From Balanoglossus misakiensis (Eukaryota; Animalia; Hemichordata), in contig CM082579.2 of the NCBI GenBank assembly GCA_040954595.2, forward strand, positions 1,687,908 to 1,751,907: DNA of 64,000 bases, written 5' to 3'. This document shows positions 28,571 through 38,976 of the stretch, in pieces. Within the stretch, counting starts at the first letter, position 1. Every line of letters begins with the position of its first letter. The notes beneath the pieces were generated by a model. That model worked only from the letters and a program-made list of their open reading frames with translations, searched no databases and was not told the origin of the DNA. A program made the position numbers and the translations under genes.

Positions 28571-29385
28571 ATCCTCTCTTCGAATGCCAACCTTGTGCGG
28601 GCGCTCCAGGTAGATAAGCCTCAACTTTTATCCAAGCACAGTCACTTTACAGACACACACAGACTGACAAACTGGGAAACCGTCTTTGAAGTGCGCTCAT
28701 TACGCGTCCACAACTAGAATAAACGGACAGTTCCTCTCACAAAACAGAGCTGAACCAGCTGAACAATAAACAAGAGAAGCCGTCGCTTGCGACGCTCTGC
28801 CCGTCCTCCCAACTGCTCATGCACCATGGCTCACCAGAGCACCTGGTGTATAATAACATGGTTTCTGAGAGAATGGTTGATGATCGACAGTAAACTTCGA
28901 ACATCATTAGAACCCCCTTTACTTCAGTTGGCGTCTACTTTGATATCAATATAAACTGCACGCCACTAAAAAGCCAGACATACACCCTGTTCTGTACTCT
29001 AAAATGTTCATCATCTTATTTGGAATCCTATCTCCGCCAAACAAGCTAATCTATGTTTGAAAAAATCCTGAAAACAATCCTCTGGCTATGAGGTTTTACG
29101 TACAAGGTTTCGAGACTAGTAAAATGTATGTCCTAACTTTCCCACGCCTCTATCAGTCTTGGCTGTAATTCAGGGCTGAGATATACCTGTTGGGTGAGTC
29201 ATGTTTTGCGATGTCTTTGCATCCTTATGTTACTGGAGGGGGTACGGGAATTAACGTAGGTTCAGCGGGCGGATTAACAATTCAAACACGTAGCCGCGTA
29301 GGTTTTTCGGGGTGATCTACTCTACAGCTAACAGAGCTTTTATACATGGTTAGCTTGATTTTCTTTTCGTTCAACCGTCCACCCT

Positions 29386-29480
29386 CCCGTCCGTCCGTCC
29401 GTCCATCCATCCATCCATCCATTCATCAATCCATCCATCCATCCATCCTTCTATCGAACCATCCATCCATCATCTATCTA
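29386..29480. repeat. Compound (CCGT)n/(CCAT)n microsatellite
   Basis: cccgtccgtccgtccgtccatccatccatccatcc...atccatccatccatcc. Confidence 0.9.
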
Positions 29481-29958
29481 TGTTATCATGAACCATACAC
29501 GTGACATGACTCCTTGGGGATGTTTGTTAATACTCTAAACGTTACGATGGAAACCCAACAACAAAGGGAAATCTATACCAGTTCGAACTGGTTTTAATGG
29601 TTTTAACTATGATTAGTGATCCATTGTATCCAAATTGCTAATATCAGATTTTTCAAATCTTTGCCGACCGTATACGGACCGGTATGTGTAGTCTAAATGA
29701 ACAAAGACAAGTGAATGGCCTCTACATGCAAAAATAAACCTCCCATGCCATATCCTTCGGGGGCATTTGTCGACCTAAACTTTACAACTCAAACCACACA
29801 ATAGGGAATTTCTACTGGGTTTTTCCATGCTTAGCGAACAATTGTGTCCGAAATTTTAATGCACTATTGGCATCAGATTTTGGGACCCCATCGGTGTTGT
29901 CTGAGAATACAAATAGTGAAAACAATGAGATAGAGCTTAACGCGTGTACACAGAAGGG

Positions 29959-30073
29959 TATAAATATGGCATATCAAGATTACGAGCATCGTGTTTTTTT
30001 GCAAGCGAATTGAAATTGCTTCTTGGGCAATTTGTCAGAAGCGTACACAGAATCGTGCAACTTGGACTGAACA
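29959..30073 (+). promoter_or_regulatory. TATA box and non-coding exon 1 of secreted protein gene 1
   Basis: TATAAAT 29959-29965; donor gtaagt at 30074; acceptor cgacag| at 30275, 9 nt before the ATG (202-nt intron). Confidence 0.6.
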
Positions 30074-30284
30074 GTAAGTATGTCACTTGAGTAGCAGAAA
30101 CTTTTCAACTTAAGAATTGGGTTTAAAAATTCAAGTTGAACTTGAACTGATTGCTACGAATACGCTGTGTTGAAAAAAACAAGTAGGCCTATATGTTGAT
30201 TCTTTGTTGAAAGACGTACTACCTATAGTTTACTGTAAATGTGTTTACTGTTATTATTTTTACGTTACTCGACAGGTTTCCAAA

Positions 30285-32504
30285 ATGAAACTTCAGTTGG
30301 CATTCGTGCTATGTCTGGTCATCATCATCGCCACTACACAGGTTCGTTGTGCACCCCCTCGTCACTCTAATGCAGGAGGGAATGGTGGTGGGCATGGGCG
30401 TCCCGACAGACTGCAGCCAAGTGCAGAGGAGGGCGATGCTGTCGACGAAAGCGGACCGGAATCGATGTCTGCAAGTGACGGTGATGAACCGACTGCTTCT
30501 GATTCGGTCAGCGCCAAATCGGAAGAAGATTCGGACGAAGTGTCTGCTGCAGTTGATCTCGCGGAGATCGGCGCCAACGACATACACGACCAATCGACTG
30601 CAAGTCCGAGTGGAGAGGACGAAGCAGAAAAGGTTGAAATAAGTGTCGAATCGAGAGAAGACACTGCAGATCAAGGTTTCGAAGACGGTACCGCTTTGCC
30701 TGCTGAACGTGATTTCAGTGAATCAGAGTTGGAAGAATCAGATGAAGAGGCCGCCATTGATCCCCAAGAGATTAACAGCAACGAATCGGCCGAAAGTCCG
30801 AACGGACAAGACGAAGCAGAAAATGTTGAAATAAGTGTCGAATCGAGAGAAGACACTGCAGATCAAGGTTTCGAAGACGGTACAGCTTTGCCCGGTGAAG
30901 GTGATTTCAGTATATCAGAGTTGGAAGAATCAGATGAAGAGGCCGCCATTGATCCCGAATCGGCCGAAAGTCCGAACGGACAAGACGAAGCAGAAGGTGT
31001 TGAAATGACTGTCGAATCGAGAGAAGACACTGCAGATCAAGGTTTCGAAGACGGTACAGCTTTGCCCGGTGAAGGTGATTTCAGTATATCAGAGTTGGAA
31101 GAATCAGATGAAGAGGCCGCCATTGATCCCGAAAAGATTAACAGCAACGAATCGGTCGAAAGTCCGAACGGACAAGACAAAGCAGAAAGGGTTGAAATGA
31201 GTGTCGAATCGGGAGAAGACACTGCAGATCAAGGTTTCGAAGACGGTACCGCTTTGCCTGCTGAACGTGATTTCAGTGAATCAGACTTGGAAGAATCAGA
31301 TGAAGAAGCCGCCGTTGATCCCGAAGAGATTAACGGCAACGAATCGGCCGAAAGTCCGAACGGACAAGACGAAGCAGAAAGCGTTGAAAGCACCGAATCG
31401 GATGATCACGGACCCCCTCCTCACTCACAGGCAGGGGGAAATGGCAAAGGGGGTCCCGGCAGTCACCCAAGTGCAGAGGGGGCAGAAAGTGTTGAAAGCG
31501 CCGATTCGGATGATCACCCGCCCCCTCCTCACTCTAATGCAGGGGGAAATGGCAAAGGGGGTCCCGGCAGTCACCCAAGTGCAGAGGGGGCAGAAAGTGT
31601 TGAAAGCGCCGACCCGGATGATCACGGACCCCCTCCTCACTCTAATGCAGGGGGAAATGGCAAAGGGGGTCCCGGCAGTCACCCAAGCGCAGAGGAGGCA
31701 GAAAGCGTTGAAAGAGCCGACCCGGATGATCACGGACCCCCTCCTCACTCTAATGCAGGGGGAAATGGCAAAGGGGGTCCCGGCAGTCACCCAAGCGCAG
31801 AGGAGGCAGAAAGTGTTGAAAGCGCCGACCCGGATGATCACGGACCCCCTCCTCACTCTAATGCAGGGGGAAATGGCAAAGGGGGTCCCGGCAGTCACCC
31901 AAGCGCAGAGGAGGCAGAAAGTGTTGAAAGCGCCGACCCGGATGATCACGGACCCCCTCCTCACTCTAATGCAGGGGGAAATGGCAAAGGGGGTCCCGGC
32001 AGTCACCCAAGCGCAGAGGAGGCAGAAAGTGTTGAAAGCGCCGACCCGGATGATCACGGACCCCCTCCTCACTCTAATGCAGGGGGAAATGGCAAAGGGG
32101 GTCCCGGCAGTCACCCAAGCGCAGAGGAGGCAGAAAGTGTTGAAAGCGCCGACCCGGATGATCACGGACCCCCTCCTCACTCTAATGCAGGGGGAAATGG
32201 CAAAGGGGGTCCCGGCAGTCACCCAAGTGCAGAGGAGGCAGAAAGTGTTGAAAGCGCCGACCCGGATGATCACGGACCCCCTCCTCACTCTAATGCAGGG
32301 GGAAATGGCAAAGGGGGTCCCGGCAGTCACCCAAGTGCAGAGGGGGCAGAAAGTGTTGAAAGCGCCGACTCGGATGTGGAAGAAAAACCACCCGGACCAC
32401 CAGCTATCATCTTTGAACCCAATGGGAAAAGGCGCAGACCAAAGCCAGTACACGGTCTAAGACGAAAAGAACTAGAATCAGAATCAGTTTCGGATGAAGA
32501 TTAA
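30285..32504 (+). CDS. Secreted, highly acidic tandem-repeat protein (739 aa), unknown family
   Basis: Signal peptide MKLQLAFVLCLVIIIATTQVRC-AP; single coding exon; 4x64-aa D/E/S-rich repeats and 9x36-aa repeats DDHGPPPHSNAGGNGKGGPGSHPSAEEAESVESADP; basic patch near the C-terminus; AATAAA at 32850. Confidence 0.85.
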   Translation: MKLQLAFVLCLVIIIATTQVRCAPPRHSNAGGNGGGHGRPDRLQPSAEEGDAVDESGPESMSASDGDEPTASDSVSAKSEEDSDEVSAAVDLAEIGANDIHDQSTASPSGEDEAEKVEISVESREDTADQGFEDGTALPAERDFSESELEESDEEAAIDPQEINSNESAESPNGQDEAENVEISVESREDTADQGFEDGTALPGEGDFSISELEESDEEAAIDPESAESPNGQDEAEGVEMTVESREDTADQGFEDGTALPGEGDFSISELEESDEEAAIDPEKINSNESVESPNGQDKAERVEMSVESGEDTADQGFEDGTALPAERDFSESDLEESDEEAAVDPEEINGNESAESPNGQDEAESVESTESDDHGPPPHSQAGGNGKGGPGSHPSAEGAESVESADSDDHPPPPHSNAGGNGKGGPGSHPSAEGAESVESADPDDHGPPPHSNAGGNGKGGPGSHPSAEEAESVERADPDDHGPPPHSNAGGNGKGGPGSHPSAEEAESVESADPDDHGPPPHSNAGGNGKGGPGSHPSAEEAESVESADPDDHGPPPHSNAGGNGKGGPGSHPSAEEAESVESADPDDHGPPPHSNAGGNGKGGPGSHPSAEEAESVESADPDDHGPPPHSNAGGNGKGGPGSHPSAEEAESVESADPDDHGPPPHSNAGGNGKGGPGSHPSAEGAESVESADSDVEEKPPGPPAIIFEPNGKRRRPKPVHGLRRKELESESVSDED
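30606..31355 (+). repeat. Coding tandem repeat, 192-bp (64-aa) unit x4
   Basis: Units start at 30606, 30798, 30972, 31164. The second unit has an in-frame 18-nt deletion. Confidence 0.92.
31401..32372 (+). repeat. Coding tandem repeat, 108-bp (36-aa) unit x9, nearly identical
   Basis: GATGATCAC recurs every 108 bp from 31401 to 32265. Confidence 0.95.
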
Positions 32505-33815
32505 GGCTCCATTACATCACCGATGAAGTGTAAAATAACCGCGAGTGGAATTGATATTCATTTATTTCAAATACCTGTTTGTTGACTTCAAATTTTGCAT
32601 CATGGCAGCTGATATTGGATGTAGGTGAAATTTTATGCAAACAGTCATACCCATTTAAAGTTAGATTTAGAGACTCGTCAGTAACATGTACTTCTCTTTT
32701 CGTTTTGACCCCATCAAGTTCAATCGATCCAAACACACTTTATTTTGCGTTTCCTGTCGAAAACTTCAAGTTCAGTTTTATTAGAATGATTTGTGTACCT
32801 GGATTTGTTTATTTTGATTTTTTGCGCAGCGCAAAATGCATTATTACAGAATAAAACTAGTATGTGCATCAAACATAATTGTTTTCCGAGACTAGTATTG
32901 TTTCCCCTTTCGTATACCCAAAATTGCATTAAAACACTTTGATTGAAACTTTGAAACTGTGCGACGAAATGAGAACGGCGGTCTTGCCGATTTATTCGAC
33001 CCTCGCATGCCAGCCAATCAGGGGACTCTATGGCCGTTATGTTCAACCAACACAGTTTTTAAACAATTGCCGCTGAAGGGGGGGAGGAGGGGGCACGGAG
33101 ATATGATGAATAAAACACCAAAAACATCACAAATAAGCGTATTTCATAAAAGCCCAACTTAATAAAAGGTAGCAGCAAAGGGTCTGCAACCGCTGGGATG
33201 ACGGGATACCTTCAACTCTGAGGATTTGTTGCGTGGTAACGACTAATCGGTCCTTTAAGGGGTCTAGTGGCTACACCTACATGGATGCCAACACTACCGA
33301 CTCCATTCATCGTCTCACGGAGATAACAGAGAGTATTGCTCTTGCCTCCATGGTCTCCTAAAGCATGCTAATCCCAATACCAATGGTTTTGACCAGCTTA
33401 ACTGTCTCAAATTTCATACCCTCCAGGATAGATATCAAACCCACTCCTACAACATTTAAAATTTTATAGCCACTTATAAGAATATTTATAATGCTTTGTC
33501 GGCATGGTAGAGATTATACAGCTACGGTGAGAAAATTGCCAAATCATGTAGGTTTAAATGAAGAGAACAGCCAAAGGGATGTGCATGTATCAAAGGCTTA
33601 TTGTATTCAACAAAACTATTGTAACTAGATGCTCGGTTTGGAGTAATGTTGAAATTTTAACCGATCATCGTTTTACATTAATTTTCACGCGAATTATTTT
33701 CTCACCATGTCATCCTGAAGGAAACCCCAAAGCTGTCCCGATTGTCATGAATGTGTTTGCGGCATATTATATTATGGAAAACAATGAAGGCAACTCGGGT
33801 TTCACAAAGAAAATG

Positions 33816-33933
33816 TATAAAAGGATCTCAGAAAAATACCATCTTCGCATTCAGCACCTCCGCACCACCTTGCTGTTCCAAAGAGGCGAACACAACCAGG
33901 GCGTACTACTGACGTTTGAAGAAAAACTAAACG
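33816..33933 (+). promoter_or_regulatory. TATA box and non-coding exon 1 of secreted protein gene 2
   Basis: TATAAAA 33816-33822; donor G|gtatgt at 33934; acceptor caacag| at 34239, 9 nt before the ATG. Confidence 0.6.
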
Positions 33934-34248
33934 GTATGTTTCCTTGAAGGATTTTTTCCAGTACTTATTTGTGTTTCAATATTTGCGAAAACTCTCTAAG
34001 TTTGGACATGAGATGTATGTGTAGACTATGTTAACTTACTTCGTTCTCCATAACATTTACCTGTAAATAAATGTTTCAACGAATACGGAGTCGGAAATGT
34101 TTTACTTTTAAGCACTGAGGTTTCCTCTCGCTTGTGTTTCACGAAAGTATACTGAAAGGAATGAAGTTTAGCTACAAAACCAAATACATGATCTTGATAT
34201 TGTTTTATATTGAACAAATCGTGATAATTTTCACAACAGGTTTCCAAG

Positions 34249-34899
34249 ATGAAGCTTCGTCTGGCACTGCTGTTTAGTGTTGTGGTCGTAACCACGTACG
34301 TCAGCTGTTCCGAGGCTGAACTGGGTTTGGCTGAACAAGCTGTCACCGACGACGAAGTGGTGGACCCAGTCGACTCCATGTCGATCGAGAACGGAGATTC
34401 CGACTCAAGTGCCAGTAGTGAGAATGCCGGGTCCGGCAGCGTTGGTCACGGGAGACGGGGGAGTCCGAAGGGTCGTGGAAAAGGCCTTGGCCGCCAGAAA
34501 AGAGACGGCAGTTTCGACTCAGACGCCAGTGAGGATAGTGGTGCCAGTAGCGAGTCTGGCGGCATCAGTTTCGACACGGATGCCGGTAGTGAGAGTGTTG
34601 AGTCCGGAAAAGGCGGTCGTCCCCTGAAAAGACGCGTGAGTCCCGAAGTCAGTGGTATCGACGAAGTGGTGGACCCAGTCGACCCCGTATCGGCCGAGAA
34701 TAGTGGTCCCGACTCTGTGGCCAGTAGCGAGTCTGGCGGCGTCAGTTCCAACTCAGATGCCGGTGAGGATAGTGGTTCCGTCGACTCTGATGCTACCAGT
34801 AGCGAGAATGCCGAGTCCGGCAGCGTGAACCCGAATGGTCGTGGAAAAGGCCGTCGTCCCCAGAAGATAAAAGAGCAAAAGAATAAGAAAAAGGATTAA
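34249..34899 (+). CDS. Secreted acidic Ser/Gly/Asp-rich protein (216 aa), probable paralogue of gene 1
   Basis: Signal peptide MKLRLALLFSVVVVTTYVSC; internal duplication DEVVDPVD...SENAxSGSV...GRGKG; basic tail; same acceptor/start context as gene 1 (cag|GTTTCCAAR ATG AAR CTT). Confidence 0.85.
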   Translation: MKLRLALLFSVVVVTTYVSCSEAELGLAEQAVTDDEVVDPVDSMSIENGDSDSSASSENAGSGSVGHGRRGSPKGRGKGLGRQKRDGSFDSDASEDSGASSESGGISFDTDAGSESVESGKGGRPLKRRVSPEVSGIDEVVDPVDPVSAENSGPDSVASSESGGVSSNSDAGEDSGSVDSDATSSENAESGSVNPNGRGKGRRPQKIKEQKNKKKD

Positions 34900-35604
34900 A
34901 GGAGAATAAAGAACGTGAATAACGCGCTTGTAGCTTTGACGTAAAGCGGCTTGAAGTTGACCGAAGCTTCCACCCACGGCTAGTCCATGGGTTTAGATAT
35001 ATATTCTCAAACGGCAGATCTATTTGCACTGTCTTCTTATAATATTTTCGTCCTTTTTGTACTAGTAGTTCAGGGAACGTCAGATTTACAATGTCATTTC
35101 TGTAAGTATGAAATTTTACACACAGCTAAGCCAAGCGAAATAAACGTAATAAAATAAAGTCGCATTGTTTCTGTGTTTATTTGTGAGAGAAGCTTCATTG
35201 AATCTGTCTGATGCAGAAGTTTTTCCCAGCTCTAGCGTGGTGATAAAACATCCCCACAAGTCCACTACACCGTTCTCCCATGAAAGAGAAACGGGACCAT
35301 CGAAGCTCTGAAATAAATTTGACCCACGCACCTTAATTTCTTTTTTAACCATTTATACCAATTTATTCTATTCAATATAGTCTAGCTCCTATTAACTTTA
35401 TAATATCAATCACAGGTAAAGACAGTCCAAACTACTTGTATCCATTATAAAGAGGTGTCAACAATTGGCCATGCGCCCTCAACAGCGATAGAGGGTTAGA
35501 CAGCACAATGGTTGAACTCGGTAAAACAGCATTTCGCTCTGGTCTATCATGTTGATTTGGCCCGATGATGGCGCTTTCATGCAAAATGAGTACCCGTGCT
35601 TGTT

Positions 35605-36014
35605 TCACAAAATGCAAAATACTAGTACACGCATGGGGACATACAAAGAAACCCTGTCGCACAAACAAAATTATAGAAAATAATTGAAATACAACACTAA
35701 ACCATTCGTTCATGAAAAAAATGTAATTGTCGTATTCTGTCCGCATCAACAACGAGTTCAAGGAGTTTATATGCATTTAGCCGAGTTTGTACGGTATTAA
35801 ATTTCAAGTTCGGGCTTACGAAATTTACAAATGCTGGTAGAACATTAACAGGGAAACTCACCCCACCACTTTGTAGGTTAACGGAGAGGAGTAGGCCTCC
35901 AAAATCACCGTCGTCTACGGACCATATCACAGCACAGCCACCACGGAACCGCACGGTTGTGCGTAACGAAATGAAATGACGAACCGCGTGGCATAAATTT
36001 GAGGGTCTTTTATA
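35605..36014 (-). pseudogene. Possible decayed additional member of the secreted-protein cluster, or a spliced lncRNA
   Basis: TATAAAA 36014-36008; GTGAGT donor at 35861; 208-nt intron; acceptor cgacag|GGTTTC at 35654; then ATG 35634 reading MRVLVFCIL-stop. Confidence 0.35.
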
Positions 36015-36200
36015 GTGTGTACCAGGTGGCTGGGATGCATATGTAAATTATCATGCGCAGAACATGTAGGATCAATAACCGATCAATAAAATGTCATTGA
36101 AAAGGGCTCCATTGAAACAAAAACCAAACATCCCCCAAAAAGATTAATTTAATTTGTCACACTAGGACTTTGAGTGCATGAGTTACATTGCTCTTTCATT

Positions 36201-36668
36201 TTATACCAATGCTGTTGCGTTCATTGGTGCTGTACCGGTGCCGTTCGGAGAAGCGGATGCGACAACAGTAACATTTCCAGCGGGAAGTGGTGTGGTCGCG
36301 CCCGGCGCCTTCGACGGAGGGCTTCCAACGGTGCCATTAGTCGCGTCCGACGAAGCGGGTATTGACACGGACGCTGCTGCGGGTCCTGATACAGCGTTGA
36401 CTGACGCTGGTTGAGTTCCCACAATGGTGTCCGAAGATCCTGATTGAAGCGATGCAGAGGAACCCGCGGAGGGCGCGTCAGAAGTTACTCTTTGTGTCGT
36501 GCCGTCGCCGACGTCAGTGGAAACCGTAGAGTGATGTCGACCCTTCCATTTGCCTTTGGCCGAAGCCAAAGCATTTGGAACAACGTCGTGAGAGATGGGC
36601 GCTCCATGGGACACAGTTGCCAGGGTGATGAAGGTTGTTAAAATACAATTGCAAAGAAGAAACCTCAT
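36201..36668 (-). CDS. Secreted Ser/Thr/Ala/Pro-rich (mucin-like) small protein (155 aa)
   Basis: Signal peptide MRFLLCNCILTTFITLATVSHG-AP; acceptor ttctag|GGTTTCTATTCAAG-ATG at 36683; upstream donor GTAAGT at 37154; N-glycosylation sequons NGT (x2), NVT, NAT. Confidence 0.75.
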   Translation of the reverse strand: MRFLLCNCILTTFITLATVSHGAPISHDVVPNALASAKGKWKGRHHSTVSTDVGDGTTQRVTSDAPSAGSSASLQSGSSDTIVGTQPASVNAVSGPAAASVSIPASSDATNGTVGSPPSKAPGATTPLPAGNVTVVASASPNGTGTAPMNATALV

Positions 36669-37498
36669 CTTGAATAGAAACCCTAGAACAAAAAACAGAG
36701 GCCAGCGTTTTACAAGACATGGCGACCCTGCATTTTTCATGGCTGATATTTTGGTTTCCAAGATTTTTGTGTTCACGATTCAGTCGGTCACGACAACAGT
36801 TCATTTCATATTATTATTGATTTCGGAATTTCAGTTGAAAATCCATGCTGTCATTCTGGAATTAAAAACTGGATTTCAATGCCGAGTTGTTTCTGACCAT
36901 CATTTCAGAAATTCCTTAATACTCTACACCCCCGCTTTCCCAAGCACTGACTTAGAGTTACTTTTTAAGCTGAGCACTGCTCAAGGCAACTACATGTAGT
37001 ATTCCAGTGAAGATGTCACGGGACAAATGTTTAAATATTGGGAATATCTGAGAAACTTAAAGCGCCCTTCTAAATCACTGTTAGTTTCTCTTCCGAGATT
37101 CACAGATAATTTTGAACATCTTTCTTACATAAATGAATTGAAATCCATACTTACTCTTTCACAAGAATGTCTTTAACTTTGTTGGATGAGCGAGAAACTC
37201 GCCTGTATCCAAAGAATCAGAGATATTAGTCGTTTCTGTCGTTGAAATAGCGACTTAATCAAATGAGTCGCTAATATAAATGTATCTGGACCATGTGTGA
37301 TGTGCTATGAAACAGGTTTTGCAAAAAGATGTCACAGATGTCACATTAAAATAATCCTTTTGTTTTTTGTCGCTTGCACAATTTACGGAACACATTCGCC
37401 ATCAAGCTTATTACTTTCAAGTTGTATAACAAACATTCTTTGTTAAAGGAGAGTACAATATGTTCAATCTAGCGTCTTTCAAAGCAAGTTTATAATCC

Positions 37499-38010
37499 TT
37501 AAAAGTTTACAGATGGAGAAGCTCTATGGGACAACGTTGCTGGGTTATCAGGGTCAACGTCATTATCAGCCCTCATCTGGAATAGGAAACCCCAATGGAG
37601 GAAAACGTAAAAGTCAGTCATTTACATGACTTGAATACCAGATGTGTTTTATGGGTGATATTTTGGCTTTCCAGATCTTTGTGTACACGATTCAAAAAAT
37701 GCTTGATTTGCATAGGCCTATCATTACACGGAATTTTTAATTCAAAATCTATGCAGTCTTTCTGACATTAGACAGCGTGTGTCAATGCAAAGGTACTTTC
37801 CGACAACCATTTCAGATTCTATGATACTCTACATCCCCGATTTCCCCAGCATTGACTATTAATATATTAACACATAGCAATCGTTTTCCATAAAACGTAT
37901 TACTTTGTGTAACGGAAGTGACCGACACACAGACATCTTGAGCGAAAGACACACAGACATCTTGAGCGAAATAACAGCAGAACAAGATCCATGTTACTTC
38001 TTGCGAATTC
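37499..38010 (-). pseudogene. Truncated, frameshifted duplicate of the 36201-36668 gene
   Basis: 37652-37858 aligns with gene 3 intron 36740-36951. Start context GGTTTCCTATTCCAG-ATG-AGG (ATG 37576) mirrors gene 3. GCAACGTTGTCCCATAGAGC matches GCAACTGTGTCCCATGGAGC. Acceptor AG has become GG, the hydrophobic core is out of frame, and the ORF stops after 25 aa. Confidence 0.7.
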
Positions 38011-38976
38011 AACCTCTTAAATAGAAAAATAGCTTCATTTAATAGGTCCTGAAGTTTCGAGTACGTAATTTTGCATCGCGCATTATGAACAGCGGTTACA
38101 AATTACCGTTTCATGGGTCAAAGGTGAACACAAGTGGAAAACATCTCGACAGTTGTTTGAATATGTGTATTGTTGACAGATTACTATTTCGACAGCTGTG
38201 GTGAAATCAGCATAATTCTGCAGATTAAAGAGATGACAGCAGGAAAAGTTAACACTGATGGTCATCGCCAACATGTTGCATTCATTGCAAAAGGACGGAT
38301 TTCCGTGGACGATTTGGCCGAAACTAAGGTCATCCGAAACCAGACCTAGCGCAATATATTTTGTTTTATAACACCTCAATGGCGATGCGTGAAAGACTGC
38401 GGGTAAATGAATGAATAAGGCAAATTTGGTCAAATTAGGGTAGCTGCGACGTACGCATGAGTATTTAATTTAAAATTCCTAAAAAGTTGAACCATTTCCA
38501 TTCAATATAAAGTTGCTGTTATTGTCGCTGGCTGCAGAGCCCTCGACGATAATTCTGCCACTGGTACTGATTCTGAGACCACTTGTACAAAAGTTCCGTT
38601 TACAATATTACAGATTTTTAAACTTGAAACTTCAGCAGTGAAAAGTGAATTTTGTAAATCGTTCTGCATCGACGACCTACAAGAAATAAAACTACTCGCA
38701 TGTCTCGGTTTTACAAATGTTATATGAAAGATTCGTTATCCGTTGAAGTGTTGGCAAGGCCCAAATTTTGAAAGAATTGGAGAAATCGTTCAGAAAATAT
38801 TACAGTTGTATAACACTGAATTCAAAGTCTGCACAACAGAACAAGAGCAAGATATTGGGATTTAAACTTACTATGTACAACGAGAAAATATGAGCTTAAT
38901 ACTTATGTGTGTCAGAGTTCAGTGTGAAGATTATATACAGTATTATGCCAAGAAAACAGTCACGGCAACAAAATGT

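Noticed and set aside
30204-30284. N-terminal extensions given by the ORF track (also 36669-36776, 39565-39606, 13283-13321, 63467-63499)
   Set aside because: They start at non-ATG codons and run through intron or 5'UTR sequence. The true ATGs follow splice acceptors or precede signal peptides or domain starts.
31401-32372. CRISPR-like regular repeat array
   Set aside because: Units are contiguous with no unique spacers, lie in frame within a eukaryotic CDS, and there are no cas genes.
31201-32460. 419-aa alternative-frame ORF and 342-aa antisense ORF (31425-32453)
   Set aside because: These are shadows of the 108-bp tandem repeat: a unit with no stop in a given frame stays open across the array. 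No independent start or promoter evidence.
37924-37970. 24-bp tandem duplication GACACACAGACATCTTGAGCGAAA
   Set aside because: Simple local slippage duplication inside pseudogene intron sequence.
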